From positions 4,416,001 through 4,480,000 of the forward strand of contig OY764216.1 of NCBI GenBank assembly GCA_963668315.1: a stretch of DNA of 64,000 nucleotides, written 5' to 3'. Each line of letters starts with the position of its first letter. The first letter of the stretch is position 1. Origin of the DNA: Spirochaetia bacterium. GTDB lineage: Bacteria; Spirochaetota; Spirochaetia; DSM-2461. This document shows, piece by piece, positions 28,968-39,243 of the stretch. The notes under the pieces are model-generated. The model was not told where the DNA came from, did no database searches, and worked only from the letters and a program-made list of their open reading frames with translations. The position numbers and the translations under genes were made by a program.

Positions 28968-30158
28968 CTAGCGGTACGATTCCAGCAGCTCTTTGAAAGC
29001 GGGGAAAGACCGGCGGATCATCTGCTCGTCCACGCAGTAGGAAATTCTGACAAATCCGGGCGCTCCGAAACCGGTGGCCGAAACGAGAAGAAGATTTTTA
29101 GCCTTCGCCCGTTCGCAGAAGGCGTCGGAATCGGTCTCGGGGGCTTTGATAAAGAGATAGAACGCTCCGTCCGGATTAAAGCACTCGTAACCCATTTTCG
29201 TCAGTTCCCCATAAAGCAGATCCCTGTTTTTTCTGTACAGATCGATATCTCCCGTCTGGCCGGCGCACTTCTCGATAACCTTCTGAAACAGGCTGGGAGC
29301 ACAGACGTACCCCAGGGCTCTTCCCGCACCGCAGATCGCCGCATAAAGTTCCTTGCTGCCGGCCGCTTCGTCGGGAACGAGAACATAACCGATACGCGCG
29401 CCCGGCAGGGACAGGGATTTGCTGTAGGAGTAGCAGACCAGGGTATCGGCGTAATATTTCGTTACGAAGGGAACTTCCCTTCCGTCATATACGATTTCCC
29501 TGTAAGGTTCATCGGAAATGATAAAAACGGGATGTCCCATCTCCTCTGATTTTTTCGTAAGCAGTTCGGCAAGGGCTGCAATGGTCTCGGAGGAGTAGAC
29601 GATACCGGACGGATTGTTGGGAGAGTTGATGATAACCCCTTTGGTATTTTTCGTTATGCGCTTTTCCAATTCGGCAAAGTTTATCTGGAAATCCTTCGTT
29701 TCAGGGGGAACGACCACAAGTTTGGCGCCGGCTCCCTCGACGAAAACGCTATACTCCGGGAAGAAGGGAGCGATGGTGATAAACTCATCCTCCGGCGAAG
29801 TGGTCAGTGCCTTGAAACAGAGGGAGAGAGCGGCGGCGGCCCCCATGGTAAGATATAAATTATCCGCCCCGAAGGAAGTTCCGAACCGTGTATTCAGGTC
29901 CTCTGCGATAACCTCCCTGGCTTTCCCATCGCCCTGTGCCGATGTATACCCGAAAAGTTCACACGAAGAAAGAGAGGCCATGAGCTCTCTGATGGTTTCG
30001 TTTACGCTGTCCGGTGCGGGAACAGTGGGATTTCCGATACTGAAATCATAAACCTTTTCCGGTCCTACGATAGCGGCCTGTTTTTTTCCGTATTCGAACA
30101 GCTCTCTAATGGCAGACCGGTTGCTGCCCAACTCATACATTCTCTCAGATACAATCAT
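28968..30158 (-). CDS. PLP-dependent aminotransferase class I/II (aspartate aminotransferase-like)
   Basis: DFSIGNP, INSPNNPSG, SDEPY, SYSKSLSLPGARIG. Confidence 0.92.
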   Translation of the reverse strand: MIVSERMYELGSNRSAIRELFEYGKKQAAIVGPEKVYDFSIGNPTVPAPDSVNETIRELMASLSSCELFGYTSAQGDGKAREVIAEDLNTRFGTSFGADNLYLTMGAAAALSLCFKALTTSPEDEFITIAPFFPEYSVFVEGAGAKLVVVPPETKDFQINFAELEKRITKNTKGVIINSPNNPSGIVYSSETIAALAELLTKKSEEMGHPVFIISDEPYREIVYDGREVPFVTKYYADTLVCYSYSKSLSLPGARIGYVLVPDEAAGSKELYAAICGAGRALGYVCAPSLFQKVIEKCAGQTGDIDLYRKNRDLLYGELTKMGYECFNPDGAFYLFIKAPETDSDAFCERAKAKNLLLVSATGFGAPGFVRISYCVDEQMIRRSFPAFKELLESYR

Positions 30159-30351
30159 CTATTTTTCCTTTTTATGTTTTATTTTATCTATTATTCCCAT
30201 CTCAAAATCCCGCTCGGTCAAATCCGGCTGCAGATTGACTGCCCTGCTTCCGGCGGAGAAAATAACGCTTTATTCTGCGGAACAGTAACAAATTATTTTC
30301 AGAGTGTCTACTCAAAAAAGGGGCTGTCCCATAATGGGATTTCCGGATTTT

Positions 30352-31149
30352 TCAGCTGTAGTGCCTGCCCGTCTCTTCCAGCAAGGTACGCACGATCCTC
30401 TCCAGAACCGGAATCAGCCGGTCCGCTTTCTCCCGATGATAGGCGAAGGGAGGCTGCTCCTCCATATAGTTATACTGGGCCAGCTCAAGCTGCAGAGCAT
30501 GCTGATGCTTTTCCGGCTGACCGTAGGCGCGTGTGATATAACCGCCCTTGAAACGACCATTAATCACCCAGGAGTAGCTCTGCTTTCCGCAGCAATCGGC
30601 CAGGGATTCCTGAACCCGGGGCAGACAGCTGGCTCCGCTGTTGGTTCCCAGATTCAGATCGGGCAGCCGCCCTTCAAAAAGCCGGGGAATACGGGACGCG
30701 ATGGAGTGGGCGTCGAACAGGACGGCATAACCGAATTGTCCCTTAAGCTCATCAAGAACCGACTGTATTTTGTTATGATAGGGATACCAGATCTCTTTCA
30801 AAGACCTTTCCTTCTGTTCCGAGGAGAGCTCTTTTCCCGGAAGAAAGGCGGGAGTGCCGTTAAACAGAGTGGCGGGGAACAGTCCGGTTGTGGCGGTTTG
30901 ATACAAGGGCTGATCATCGGCCGGGCGGTTGAGATCGATCATCATGCGGGAGTACCGGGCGGTAAGGATATGGGCTCCCATGTCCCGGGCGAACCGGTAA
31001 AGAACCGGTATATGCCAGTCCGTATCGGGCAGCAAGCGGGCCTCATCGCTCAGTCCCGCGGCCACCTCCGGATCCAGTTCCGTTCCGCCGTGGGGAATGC
31101 TGATGAGCAGGGGAATGCTGCCCCCAATATATTCGTAGGAATCCATCAT
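30352..31149 (-). CDS. hutG: N-formylglutamate deformylase
   Basis: ISIPHGG, DTDWH, SR..IDLNRP, PYH, DAHSI, NGRFKGGYITR, QLELAQ; next to hutF. Confidence 0.92.
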   Translation of the reverse strand: MMDSYEYIGGSIPLLISIPHGGTELDPEVAAGLSDEARLLPDTDWHIPVLYRFARDMGAHILTARYSRMMIDLNRPADDQPLYQTATTGLFPATLFNGTPAFLPGKELSSEQKERSLKEIWYPYHNKIQSVLDELKGQFGYAVLFDAHSIASRIPRLFEGRLPDLNLGTNSGASCLPRVQESLADCCGKQSYSWVINGRFKGGYITRAYGQPEKHQHALQLELAQYNYMEEQPPFAYHREKADRLIPVLERIVRTLLEETGRHYS

Positions 31150-31264
31150 AAAAAGCTCCTTTTCCGGTCATGGATAAGACAGTCTATTTATCTTGATCAA
31201 ATAGATTTATTACTATAAATTATCAGAAGAGATTATACAACAATCAGGAGATAATAGATACCAG

Positions 31265-32623
31265 GTGAAGCGTTATTTTTGTACTCATGCCCTGCTTTCT
31301 TCGGGATGGAAGGAACAGGTATTAATCGATGTCAATTCCGACGGATATATCGAATCAATAAAGGGCGGTGAGGAAAAACCCGCCCATGGCGAAACCATAC
31401 AAGGCTGGGTGATCCCCTCCATGGCGAATCTTCATTCCCACGCCTTTCAGCGTGGCATGGCGGGCCTCGCCGAAGTGGCGGGAAATCCCCAGGACAGCTT
31501 CTGGACCTGGCGGGAACAGATGTACAGCCTGGTGAATCAGCTGACCCCCGGACAGGTGGGTGTGATAGCAAGCTATCTTTACCTCTCTATGCTGAAGGGG
31601 GGTTATACCCAGGTCGCGGAGTTCAATTACCTCCACCACGATCCCCGGGGAAATCCCTACTCCGAAGACCTGATGGCAGCCGAGCTGATGCGGGCGGCGC
31701 AGACTGCCGGCATCGGTCAGACACTGCTTCCCGTTCTCTATACCTACTCCGGATTCGGCTCCCAGCCGGCGACTTCCGGACAGAAGCGGTTTATCCAGTC
31801 CACCGAATCCTATCTCAATCAGTTTTCAAACCTGGAAAAGCAGATGAATCACCCCCTGAATCAGCTGGGGATCTGCTTCCACTCCCTGCGGGCGGTGAGC
31901 ATAGAGCAGATTTCTCAGGTACGGGGCGATCTCTCCGTCGAATATCCCGTGCATATCCATATCGCCGAGCAGATGAAAGAGGTCAACGACTGCCTCGGCT
32001 GGAGCGGCCAGCGCCCGGTGAGCTATCTTGCCGATCGGGTGGATCTGGATTCCCGGTGGTGCCTGGTTCATGGGACCCATCTGGATGAAGGGGAGATTAG
32101 AAGGATTGCCCAAAGCGGTGCCGTGGTAGGGATCTGCCCCACCACCGAAGCCAATCTGGGGGACGGCCTTTTTCCCGCCGTGGAATATTTTGAAAAGGAG
32201 GGCCGTTGGGGCGTCGGATCGGACAGCCATGTCTCCCTGAGCGCTCTGGAGGAACTCCGCTGGCTGGAGTACGGGCAGCGTCTTATTCATCAGAAGCGGA
32301 ACCGCCTGGTCAGCCGGGGAAATCCCGTCGTCGGCGAAGTTCTCTGGGAACAGGCCGCCCGGGGAGGCGCCCAGGCGTGCGGCGTAAAAATGGGACAGCT
32401 GGCCCCGGGCATGCGGGCCGACTGGCTGGTGCTGGCCGATGACGAATGGCTGGGCGCGGTCAGGGACGAACAGCGGATGAACCGGTGGCTCTTCGCCGGG
32501 ACGACCCAGGAAATCCGCGATGTCTATGTGGCGGGTACCCGGGTGATAGAACAGGGCCGCCATCCCCGGGAAGAAGAGCTGAACGAACAGTTCGCCCGGG
32601 TGATGTCTCAGCTGATAAGCTAA
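31265..32623 (+). CDS. hutF: Formimidoylglutamate deiminase
   Basis: NLHSHAFQRGMAG, DSFWTWRE, VAEFNYLHH, HSLRAV, HIHIAEQ, CPTTEANLGDG, GSDSH. Confidence 0.95.
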   Translation: MKRYFCTHALLSSGWKEQVLIDVNSDGYIESIKGGEEKPAHGETIQGWVIPSMANLHSHAFQRGMAGLAEVAGNPQDSFWTWREQMYSLVNQLTPGQVGVIASYLYLSMLKGGYTQVAEFNYLHHDPRGNPYSEDLMAAELMRAAQTAGIGQTLLPVLYTYSGFGSQPATSGQKRFIQSTESYLNQFSNLEKQMNHPLNQLGICFHSLRAVSIEQISQVRGDLSVEYPVHIHIAEQMKEVNDCLGWSGQRPVSYLADRVDLDSRWCLVHGTHLDEGEIRRIAQSGAVVGICPTTEANLGDGLFPAVEYFEKEGRWGVGSDSHVSLSALEELRWLEYGQRLIHQKRNRLVSRGNPVVGEVLWEQAARGGAQACGVKMGQLAPGMRADWLVLADDEWLGAVRDEQRMNRWLFAGTTQEIRDVYVAGTRVIEQGRHPREEELNEQFARVMSQLIS

Positions 32624-33849
32624 AGGATGAACTCACCCTTTTTCATCACCCGTTTAACCCGGTTGACGCCGAAGTTGTAAACCAGATATTCATACCCGGG
32701 GGCTTCCAGGAAGATGAGATCGGCCTGTTTTCCCTTATGGATCGAGCCGGTTTTGTCCGACAGACCCAGGGCATAGGCCGCATTGATGGTGGCTCCGTTC
32801 AGGGCCTGCTCTATGGTCAGCCCCATTTTCAGACAGGCCAGGGTAATGATCATGCCCATGGAGTGGGTATGGGAGCTGCCGGGATTAAGATCGGTGGCGA
32901 GGCTCAAAATGCCCCCCTCCCGGATAATCTTTTTTCCGGGAGCGTAGGAATCGCCCATGAGGAAGAAAGTCGTACCGGGAAGCAAAGTAAAAACCGTGCC
33001 CGCCTCGACCATGTCCTTTATCCCCTTGTCCGAAATGTACATAAGGTGATCGGCCGAAACAGCCCTGAACTCTGCCGCCAGCTCCGCTCCGCCCAGGGGG
33101 ACGATCTCATCGGCATGGAGGCGCAGTTTAAACCCCAGCTCCTTCGCGGCGGCAAGAATCCGGCGGGTGTCCTCAATCTCGAAGACGCCCTTTTCGCAAA
33201 AGACATCGCAGTAATCGGCAATCCCCTGCTCTTTGACGGCGGGAAGCATCTCTTTGATGAGAAGATCCATATAGCCGCCCTTGTTTCCCTTGTATTCCGG
33301 GGGGATTTCATGGGCGCCCATAAAGGTGGCCCTGATATCGAGAGGACTGATTTCCCGGAGCTTTTTAATGACCCGCAGCTGCTTCAGCTCCGTTTCCAGG
33401 TCCAGCCCGTAGCCCGATTTGGCCTCAACCGAAGTGGTGCCGTGCCGGGTAATCAGCTTAAGATCGTCCAGAGCGGAAGCAAGGAGTTCCTCTTCGGAAG
33501 AGTTGCGGGTTGCCGTGACGGTGTTGTTTATCCCGCCGCCGGCCGCCGCGATATCCATGTAGGTTTTCCCCTTGAGCCGCATATTGAACTCGCCGCATCT
33601 CTCCCCGGCGAAGGGGATATGGGTATGGGGATCGGTAAATCCCGGAAGGACGACCATTCCCTGTGCATCGACTATTTCATAATCCCCGGGGACGCTCTGG
33701 GAGGAGGGAATAATCGATTTGATCAGCCCCTCTTCGATCAGAAGCGAAACATCAGAGTGGATATCCAGACGTTCCATATCCGCCCCGGCGGCAAAAGATT
33801 CTGCTCCCGGGGTGACCAGCTGCTTTATATTGACTATGGCTTTTTTCAT
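32620..33849 (-). CDS. hutI: Imidazolonepropionase
   Basis: DPHTH, GGGINNTV, EAKSGYGL, DVFCEKG, HADE, SADHL, ATDLNPGS. Confidence 0.95.
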   Translation of the reverse strand: MKKAIVNIKQLVTPGAESFAAGADMERLDIHSDVSLLIEEGLIKSIIPSSQSVPGDYEIVDAQGMVVLPGFTDPHTHIPFAGERCGEFNMRLKGKTYMDIAAAGGGINNTVTATRNSSEEELLASALDDLKLITRHGTTSVEAKSGYGLDLETELKQLRVIKKLREISPLDIRATFMGAHEIPPEYKGNKGGYMDLLIKEMLPAVKEQGIADYCDVFCEKGVFEIEDTRRILAAAKELGFKLRLHADEIVPLGGAELAAEFRAVSADHLMYISDKGIKDMVEAGTVFTLLPGTTFFLMGDSYAPGKKIIREGGILSLATDLNPGSSHTHSMGMIITLACLKMGLTIEQALNGATINAAYALGLSDKTGSIHKGKQADLIFLEAPGYEYLVYNFGVNRVKRVMKKGEFIL

Positions 33850-33909
33850 GCACTCCTCCGAACTTTAGTTAATGTTCCCATTCTTTGACATGGACCGGTT
33901 GAACCTACC

Positions 33910-35937
33910 CTAACGACGTTCTCTGACCAGCTTCTCAATCATCGCCCCATCGGCGACATAGGGCATGGTGATGTGGGACTCTTCCGTCTTCCCGTTAAAT
34001 TCACGGCTCGTTTCCATGGCCGGTTCATTCCGCGCCCAGCTTCTCCGGGCCACTCCGGCCATGACATCCCAGGTCATAGCCCTTTCGAGGATAAAATCGG
34101 CCTCTTCCGACCCGTCCAGGAGCATCCCGAATCCGCCGTTGATGCTCTTTCCGATTCCCACGCCGCCCCCGTTGTGGAGGGTGACAAGGGTCATACCCCG
34201 GGCGGCGTTACCGGCGAATGTCTGGGTGGCCATATCGGCCATGACGTTGGAGCCGTCCTTGATGTTGGAGGTTTCCCGGAAGGGGGAATCGGTTCCGCCC
34301 GTATCGTGGTGGTCACGACCGAGCATCACCGGGCCGATCTCGCCGTTTCTGACCATCTCGTTGAACTTGAGGGCGATCTTCAGCCGTCCCGCCGCATCCT
34401 GATAAAGAATCCGGGCTTTCGTACCCACCACAAGCTGATTTTTCTCCGCGTCCCGTATCCAGATATAGTTGTCCCGGTCCTGGAAGCGTCTTTCCGGATC
34501 GATACAGGAAGCCGCCGCCTGGTCTGTTTTTCGCAGGTCTTCCTCCTTGCCGGAAAGGCATACCCAGCGGAAGGGTCCGTATCCGTAGTCAAACAGGACC
34601 GGTCCCATGATATCCTCCACATAGGAGGGCCAGATAAACCCGTCAAGGTCGTTCTCACCGTTGCGGCAGATCGCCGGGATTCCCGAATCGAACACGGCCT
34701 TCATGAAACTGTTGCCGTAATCGAAGAAATAGGTTCCCCGATTTGTCAGTTCTTTAATGGCCTGATAGTGGCGGGCCAGAGTCTTGTCCACTTCCTTCCG
34801 GAAAGCGGCTTTATCGGAGGCGAGAAGCTCGGTCCGTCCGGCAAAGTCCATACCCGCCGGACAGTAGCCCCCGTCGTACACGTTGTGGCAGGAGGTCTGA
34901 TCGGACAGGAGGGGAATCTCGATATCGTTCTCTACGGCGTACTCGAGAAGATCGACGATGTTGCCGTGGTAAGCGATGGACAGGGCCTCGCCCTTCTGAC
35001 TCGCCTCATCGGCCAGACGGAACGCTTCGGCCGCCGACTCGGTAACCTCCCCTACCCAGCCCTGGTCGTGGCGCGTCTTGATGCGGGAGGAATCCACCTC
35101 GGCGATGATGCCCACGCCCCCGGCGATTTCCACGGCCTTGCCCTGGGCACCGCTCATGCCGCCCAATCCGGAGGAGATAAAAAGCACCCCTTTGAGATCA
35201 CCGTCATCGGCTACGCCCAACTGCTTGCGGGCGGCGTTCAGCAGTGTGGAATAGGTTCCGTGAACGATTCCCTGGGGTCCTATGTACATCCATCCGCCGG
35301 CGGTCATCTGACCGTAATTGGCCACTCCCAGAGCCTCGGCACGGTTCCAATTCTCCCCGTCGTCATAGAGACCGACCATCAGGCCGTTGGTGATCATCAC
35401 CCGGGGGGCCTTCTTGTGGGACTTGAAGAGCCCCAGGGGATGGCCCGAATAGAGAACCAGAGTCTGCTCTTCGCTCATTTCCCTAAGGTACTTCTTCACC
35501 AGATGGTACTGCATCCAGTTCTGGAAAACCCGGCCCGTTTCACCATAGGTCACCAGCTCGTAGGGATAAAGGGCGATATCAAAGCAGAGGTTGTTATCGA
35601 TCATCACCTGGAAGGCGCGGCCCGCCAGGGTTCGGCCCTCATACTCATCGACGCTTCTCGCCTTCAAATCCCCCCGGGGACGAAAGCGGTAGCCCACGAT
35701 GCGGCCGGTGGTCAAAAGCTCTTCCAGAAATTCCGGGGCCAGATCGGCATGCCATTTTTCCGGGACATAGCGGAGGGCGTTCCTGACGGCCAGGACTTTC
35801 TCGCTCTCCCTAAGGGTCAGCTCCCGCATGGGGGCGCGGCGAATCCCCTCGATAAAAGAGGGACGTTCGGGCAGTTCGGTAAAAATCTGTTCCAGGGTAA
35901 AGCCGTCGGCTTCGGGTATCTTATCACTTGTTATCAT
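33910..35937 (-). CDS. hutU: Urocanate hydratase (long, about 675-aa type)
   Basis: MIDNNL, PYELVTYG, YGQMTAGGWMYIGPQGIVHGT, GLGGMSGAQ, SDQTSCH, GPFRW, GRDHHD; ATG at 35937 with GAGGA upstream. Confidence 0.96.
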   Translation of the reverse strand: MITSDKIPEADGFTLEQIFTELPERPSFIEGIRRAPMRELTLRESEKVLAVRNALRYVPEKWHADLAPEFLEELLTTGRIVGYRFRPRGDLKARSVDEYEGRTLAGRAFQVMIDNNLCFDIALYPYELVTYGETGRVFQNWMQYHLVKKYLREMSEEQTLVLYSGHPLGLFKSHKKAPRVMITNGLMVGLYDDGENWNRAEALGVANYGQMTAGGWMYIGPQGIVHGTYSTLLNAARKQLGVADDGDLKGVLFISSGLGGMSGAQGKAVEIAGGVGIIAEVDSSRIKTRHDQGWVGEVTESAAEAFRLADEASQKGEALSIAYHGNIVDLLEYAVENDIEIPLLSDQTSCHNVYDGGYCPAGMDFAGRTELLASDKAAFRKEVDKTLARHYQAIKELTNRGTYFFDYGNSFMKAVFDSGIPAICRNGENDLDGFIWPSYVEDIMGPVLFDYGYGPFRWVCLSGKEEDLRKTDQAAASCIDPERRFQDRDNYIWIRDAEKNQLVVGTKARILYQDAAGRLKIALKFNEMVRNGEIGPVMLGRDHHDTGGTDSPFRETSNIKDGSNVMADMATQTFAGNAARGMTLVTLHNGGGVGIGKSINGGFGMLLDGSEEADFILERAMTWDVMAGVARRSWARNEPAMETSREFNGKTEESHITMPYVADGAMIEKLVRERR

Positions 35938-35970
35938 AGGGTCCTCGCAATGTGTCATCAGACGAAAAGT

Positions 35971-37545
35971 CTAGTAAATACTGAAATCGCCATAATTCTC
36001 GCCCTGGAGATCTATGCTATTCTTCTCGGCCGCTCGATAGGCGGTACGGGCCAGCTCCTGGCTCCTGATCAGATCCCGGGCCGTTACAAGATCGTTCCCG
36101 AAAATCCGGTCCTCATCGGCATGGTCGATGTGCTCCCTTATCAGGGTATGGCACTCTTCCAGGATCAGGGTCGAATGGAGAGGCCTTCTGAAATCAAAGG
36201 CCTGGGCCGCCGTTAAGAGCTCCACGGCCAGAATATTTTCCAGATTGGTGATGACCCGATTGAGCTTCCGGCTGCTGACCGATCCCATGCTCACGTGATC
36301 CTCCTGTCCCAGGGAAGTGGGAATACTGTCGGCGCTGGCAGGGAAACAGAGCGTTTTGTTCTCCGTTACCAGGGAGGCCGAGGTATACTGGGGAATCATG
36401 AATCCCGAGTTGATACCCAGATCCTTCATAAGCAGTTTGGGAAGACCTTCCGCTCCCATCAGAAGAAGGTAAGTCCGTCTGTCCGAGATATTTCCCAGCT
36501 CGCTGACTGCCACGCAGGCATAATCCAGGGGAAGGGCCATGGGCTGTCCGTGGAAATTACCCCCGCTTATCGCTTCCGATTCGCTGAGGATAACCGGGTT
36601 GTCCGTGACGGAGTTCAGTTCGATGGTCAGCATCTCTTTGAGGTGGAGATAACAGTTACGGGAAGCCCCGTGTACCTGGGGCATACAGCGCAGGGAGTAG
36701 GGATCCTGGACCCGGTCGCAGAACTCGTGGGATTTGAGGATTTCCGAACCTTCCAGCATCAGCCTCAGACGCTCGGCCACATACTTGTTCCCCTTGTAGG
36801 GACGCAGCTCATGAAGCTTCGGGGTAAAGGGTTTCACCGATCCCAGCAACGCTTCCAGGGTCATGGCGCCGATGATATCCGCCGTATCCAGGCAGTTCTG
36901 AAACCGTTCCAGGGCCCTGACGGAGTAGGCGCAGATAAACTGGGTGCCGTTAATCAGGGCCAGTCCCTCCTTCGGTCCCAGGGCCAGAGGTTCCAGCCCG
37001 GCCGCTTTAAGGGCTTTTTCCGATTCAACGGTTTCCCCGTTAACTTCGACCATTCCCAATCCGATCAGAGGCAGAAAGAGATGGGACAGGGGCGCCAGAT
37101 CCCCGGAGGCCCCCACCGATCCCTGATCGGGAACAACGGGAATGACGTTATTGTCGATATGCCAGATAATCCGCTCCAGGGTCTTGGGATTGATTCCCGA
37201 GTACCCCTGAGACAGGGCATGGCACTTTATGATCATCATGAGCTTGGCCACTTCGGTGGGAACGGGCTCACCCACTCCGGCGCTGTGGCTGCGCAGGATA
37301 TTATACTGGAGCTGTATCGTATCCTCCGGAGCGATTTTGGTATTACACAGCGGGCCGAATCCCGTATTGACCCCGTAGACGGTATACTCGCTCTCCACAA
37401 TGCCCTTCACGGCAGCGAAATTGGCTTCTATCCTGCCGGCGGCGTTCCCGGCGATGACGCCTTTACGCTTGCCTCTGGCGATCTCCAGCGCCAGGCCCGG
37501 AGTCAGTTCTTCTTCTCCGTATTTGAAAACCGGTTCATTTCCCAT
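35971..37545 (-). CDS. hutH: Histidine ammonia-lyase
   Basis: YGVNTGFG, SVGASGDLAPL (MIO-forming ASG), KEGLALINGT, QDPYSLRC, GGNFHG, QEDHVSMG. Confidence 0.96.
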   Translation of the reverse strand: MGNEPVFKYGEEELTPGLALEIARGKRKGVIAGNAAGRIEANFAAVKGIVESEYTVYGVNTGFGPLCNTKIAPEDTIQLQYNILRSHSAGVGEPVPTEVAKLMMIIKCHALSQGYSGINPKTLERIIWHIDNNVIPVVPDQGSVGASGDLAPLSHLFLPLIGLGMVEVNGETVESEKALKAAGLEPLALGPKEGLALINGTQFICAYSVRALERFQNCLDTADIIGAMTLEALLGSVKPFTPKLHELRPYKGNKYVAERLRLMLEGSEILKSHEFCDRVQDPYSLRCMPQVHGASRNCYLHLKEMLTIELNSVTDNPVILSESEAISGGNFHGQPMALPLDYACVAVSELGNISDRRTYLLLMGAEGLPKLLMKDLGINSGFMIPQYTSASLVTENKTLCFPASADSIPTSLGQEDHVSMGSVSSRKLNRVITNLENILAVELLTAAQAFDFRRPLHSTLILEECHTLIREHIDHADEDRIFGNDLVTARDLIRSQELARTAYRAAEKNSIDLQGENYGDFSIY

Positions 37546-38044
37546 AGGACATCTCCTTACTGTTTCTCAGCTCTTCGAGCACGATTTCGCTGAGTGAATT
37601 TTGACTCATCAACTCCTCAATCTCGCCAAGGGCGACCAGCAGTTTCCCGCTGTTCTCCCCCTTGGAAAGGATGAGGTTCATATTCTTTTCCATTGATTTC
37701 CAGATAGGCGTTATCTGCGCCTGAAGAGCCCGGCCCTTCTCGGTGAAGCTGACGATTTTGACTCTTTTATCGACATCGCTTTTCTCGCTTCTCACCAGTT
37801 TTTTCTTTTCCAGAGCCGTCACCAGCTGACTGGCCGCGGACTGGGTCGTCTCAAGCTCCTGGGCAATGCTGGAAACGGGAACATCGCCCTTTTTGTCCAA
37901 AAGGAAGAAAAGAGGAAACCAGGAGGGTTCAAAATCGATTTCGAGGGACTTGTAAATTTCACAGATCTCATTGAGAAAGCTCTTTCCGGCCCTTGAGAAT
38001 CGGGTACCCAGCATCAGAGAGCCTGTGTTCCTTATCATTGACAT
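37535..38044 (-). CDS. MarR-family regulator heading the hutHUI operon
   Basis: LGTRF, FEPSWFP, IAQELETTQSAASQLV, DKR...FTEKG; overlaps the hutH start; ATG at 38044 with GAGG upstream. Confidence 0.88.
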   Translation of the reverse strand: MSMIRNTGSLMLGTRFSRAGKSFLNEICEIYKSLEIDFEPSWFPLFFLLDKKGDVPVSSIAQELETTQSAASQLVTALEKKKLVRSEKSDVDKRVKIVSFTEKGRALQAQITPIWKSMEKNMNLILSKGENSGKLLVALGEIEELMSQNSLSEIVLEELRNSKEMSYGK

Positions 38045-38067
38045 AGGTGATAACCTCTTAACTATTT

Positions 38068-38085
38068 TACTTAAGTACTTAAGTA
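38068..38085. promoter_or_regulatory. Candidate MarR operator
   Basis: Perfect 18-bp palindrome TACTTAAGTACTTAAGTA just downstream of a minus-strand TTGAAA-17-TAAAAT promoter. Confidence 0.7.
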
Positions 38086-38304
38086 TTTTAATAGAAGCCC
38101 GGAATATTTTCAAGGGATTTCGATAAAATACCAATAGCCGAATTTATTCGGCCCCTGATATCCCGGGCTACTCCCCCTACTCCCCTCTCAAATGTAAAAA
38201 GAACAGTTAGTGAACAGGTTTATCGTTTTTTCATAATAATTTCTTCCGGGGCAAGTACTAACCCCTCGGGTCAGCATCATCCTTCCCTGACCCGGAACCC
38301 GGAC

Positions 38305-39198
38305 TTAGTACCAGTCGTGCTTTTCGCCCCGGTCAAGTGCATTGATCCGGGTCATCTCATTCTCTGTCAAGGTAAAGCCGAAAAGATCAAGGTTCTCCCT
38401 GATATGAGCGGGATTGCCGGAACCGGGGATCACCACAACGCCCTTCTGCAGATTCCAGCGGAGAATCACCTGAGCCGAAGAGACGCCGTGGGTCTGAGCG
38501 ATGGCAGAGATGGTCCTATTTCCCAGCAGTTCCGCCGTAAAGCCCCGTCCTCCGAGGGGATACCATCCCTGAACAACGATGCCCAGCCCCTGGATATAGG
38601 GAATCACATCGTTTTCCTGATAGTAGGGATGAATCTCATTCTGCACCAGTGCGGGAGTGATCTCCACCTGGGGCAGGAATTCCTCCAGCTCCTCCACGTA
38701 CCAGTTGGAAAGCCCGATGGAACGGATTTTTCCCTCGGCGACGGCCTTCTCCATGGCTCTGTACGCCTCTACATCATGCTCTCCGGGGTGGTGGAGCAGC
38801 ATCAGGTCGATATACCCGATATCCATCTTCATCAAGGCTTCGTCGATGGCTTCCGATGCACGGGCGAACTGATTGGGATAGAGCTTTGTGGTGACAAAAA
38901 TCTCTTCCCTCTCTATGCCGGACTCCCGGACTGCCTTCCCCACGGCGGCCTCGTTGTGGTACATGAAAGCCGTGTCGATAAGCCTCCCCCCGGCTTCCAG
39001 CAGCGCCGCGATGGACACGGCGCACTCCCCGTCGGACAAACTGTAGGTGCCGAGCCCCATGACGGGCATTTCATAACCGCTGTTCAACAGTACCGATCTG
39101 GTCTCAAAATCAAACAAACCAACCTCCTTATCTCCCCTTTCCGCCGCGCAGGGAAACATCGCGGTCACCAGAAAAAGCAGGAAAACCGTTCTTTTCAT
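38305..39198 (-). CDS. Aldo/keto reductase (2,5-diketo-D-gluconate reductase-like) with a signal-like N-terminus
   Basis: GLGTY, IDTA..Y.NE, FVTTKL, DLMLLH, IGLSNW, QNEIHPY, AQVILRW. Confidence 0.9.
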   Translation of the reverse strand: MKRTVFLLFLVTAMFPCAAERGDKEVGLFDFETRSVLLNSGYEMPVMGLGTYSLSDGECAVSIAALLEAGGRLIDTAFMYHNEAAVGKAVRESGIEREEIFVTTKLYPNQFARASEAIDEALMKMDIGYIDLMLLHHPGEHDVEAYRAMEKAVAEGKIRSIGLSNWYVEELEEFLPQVEITPALVQNEIHPYYQENDVIPYIQGLGIVVQGWYPLGGRGFTAELLGNRTISAIAQTHGVSSAQVILRWNLQKGVVVIPGSGNPAHIRENLDLFGFTLTENEMTRINALDRGEKHDWY

Positions 39199-39243
39199 CC
39201 ATCCTCCTTCAGCCCGCCGGAGGGCGGGCTCCTTAAGTCGTTC

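Noticed and set aside
31150..31264. Possible HutC box between hutG and hutF
   Set aside because: Only a TATACAA half-site and a 7-bp AT-rich dyad; no hutC in the window.
33973..37593. Long + strand ORFs (747 aa, 432 aa) opposite hutU and hutH
   Set aside because: Antisense shadows of GC-rich genes with no recognisable motifs.
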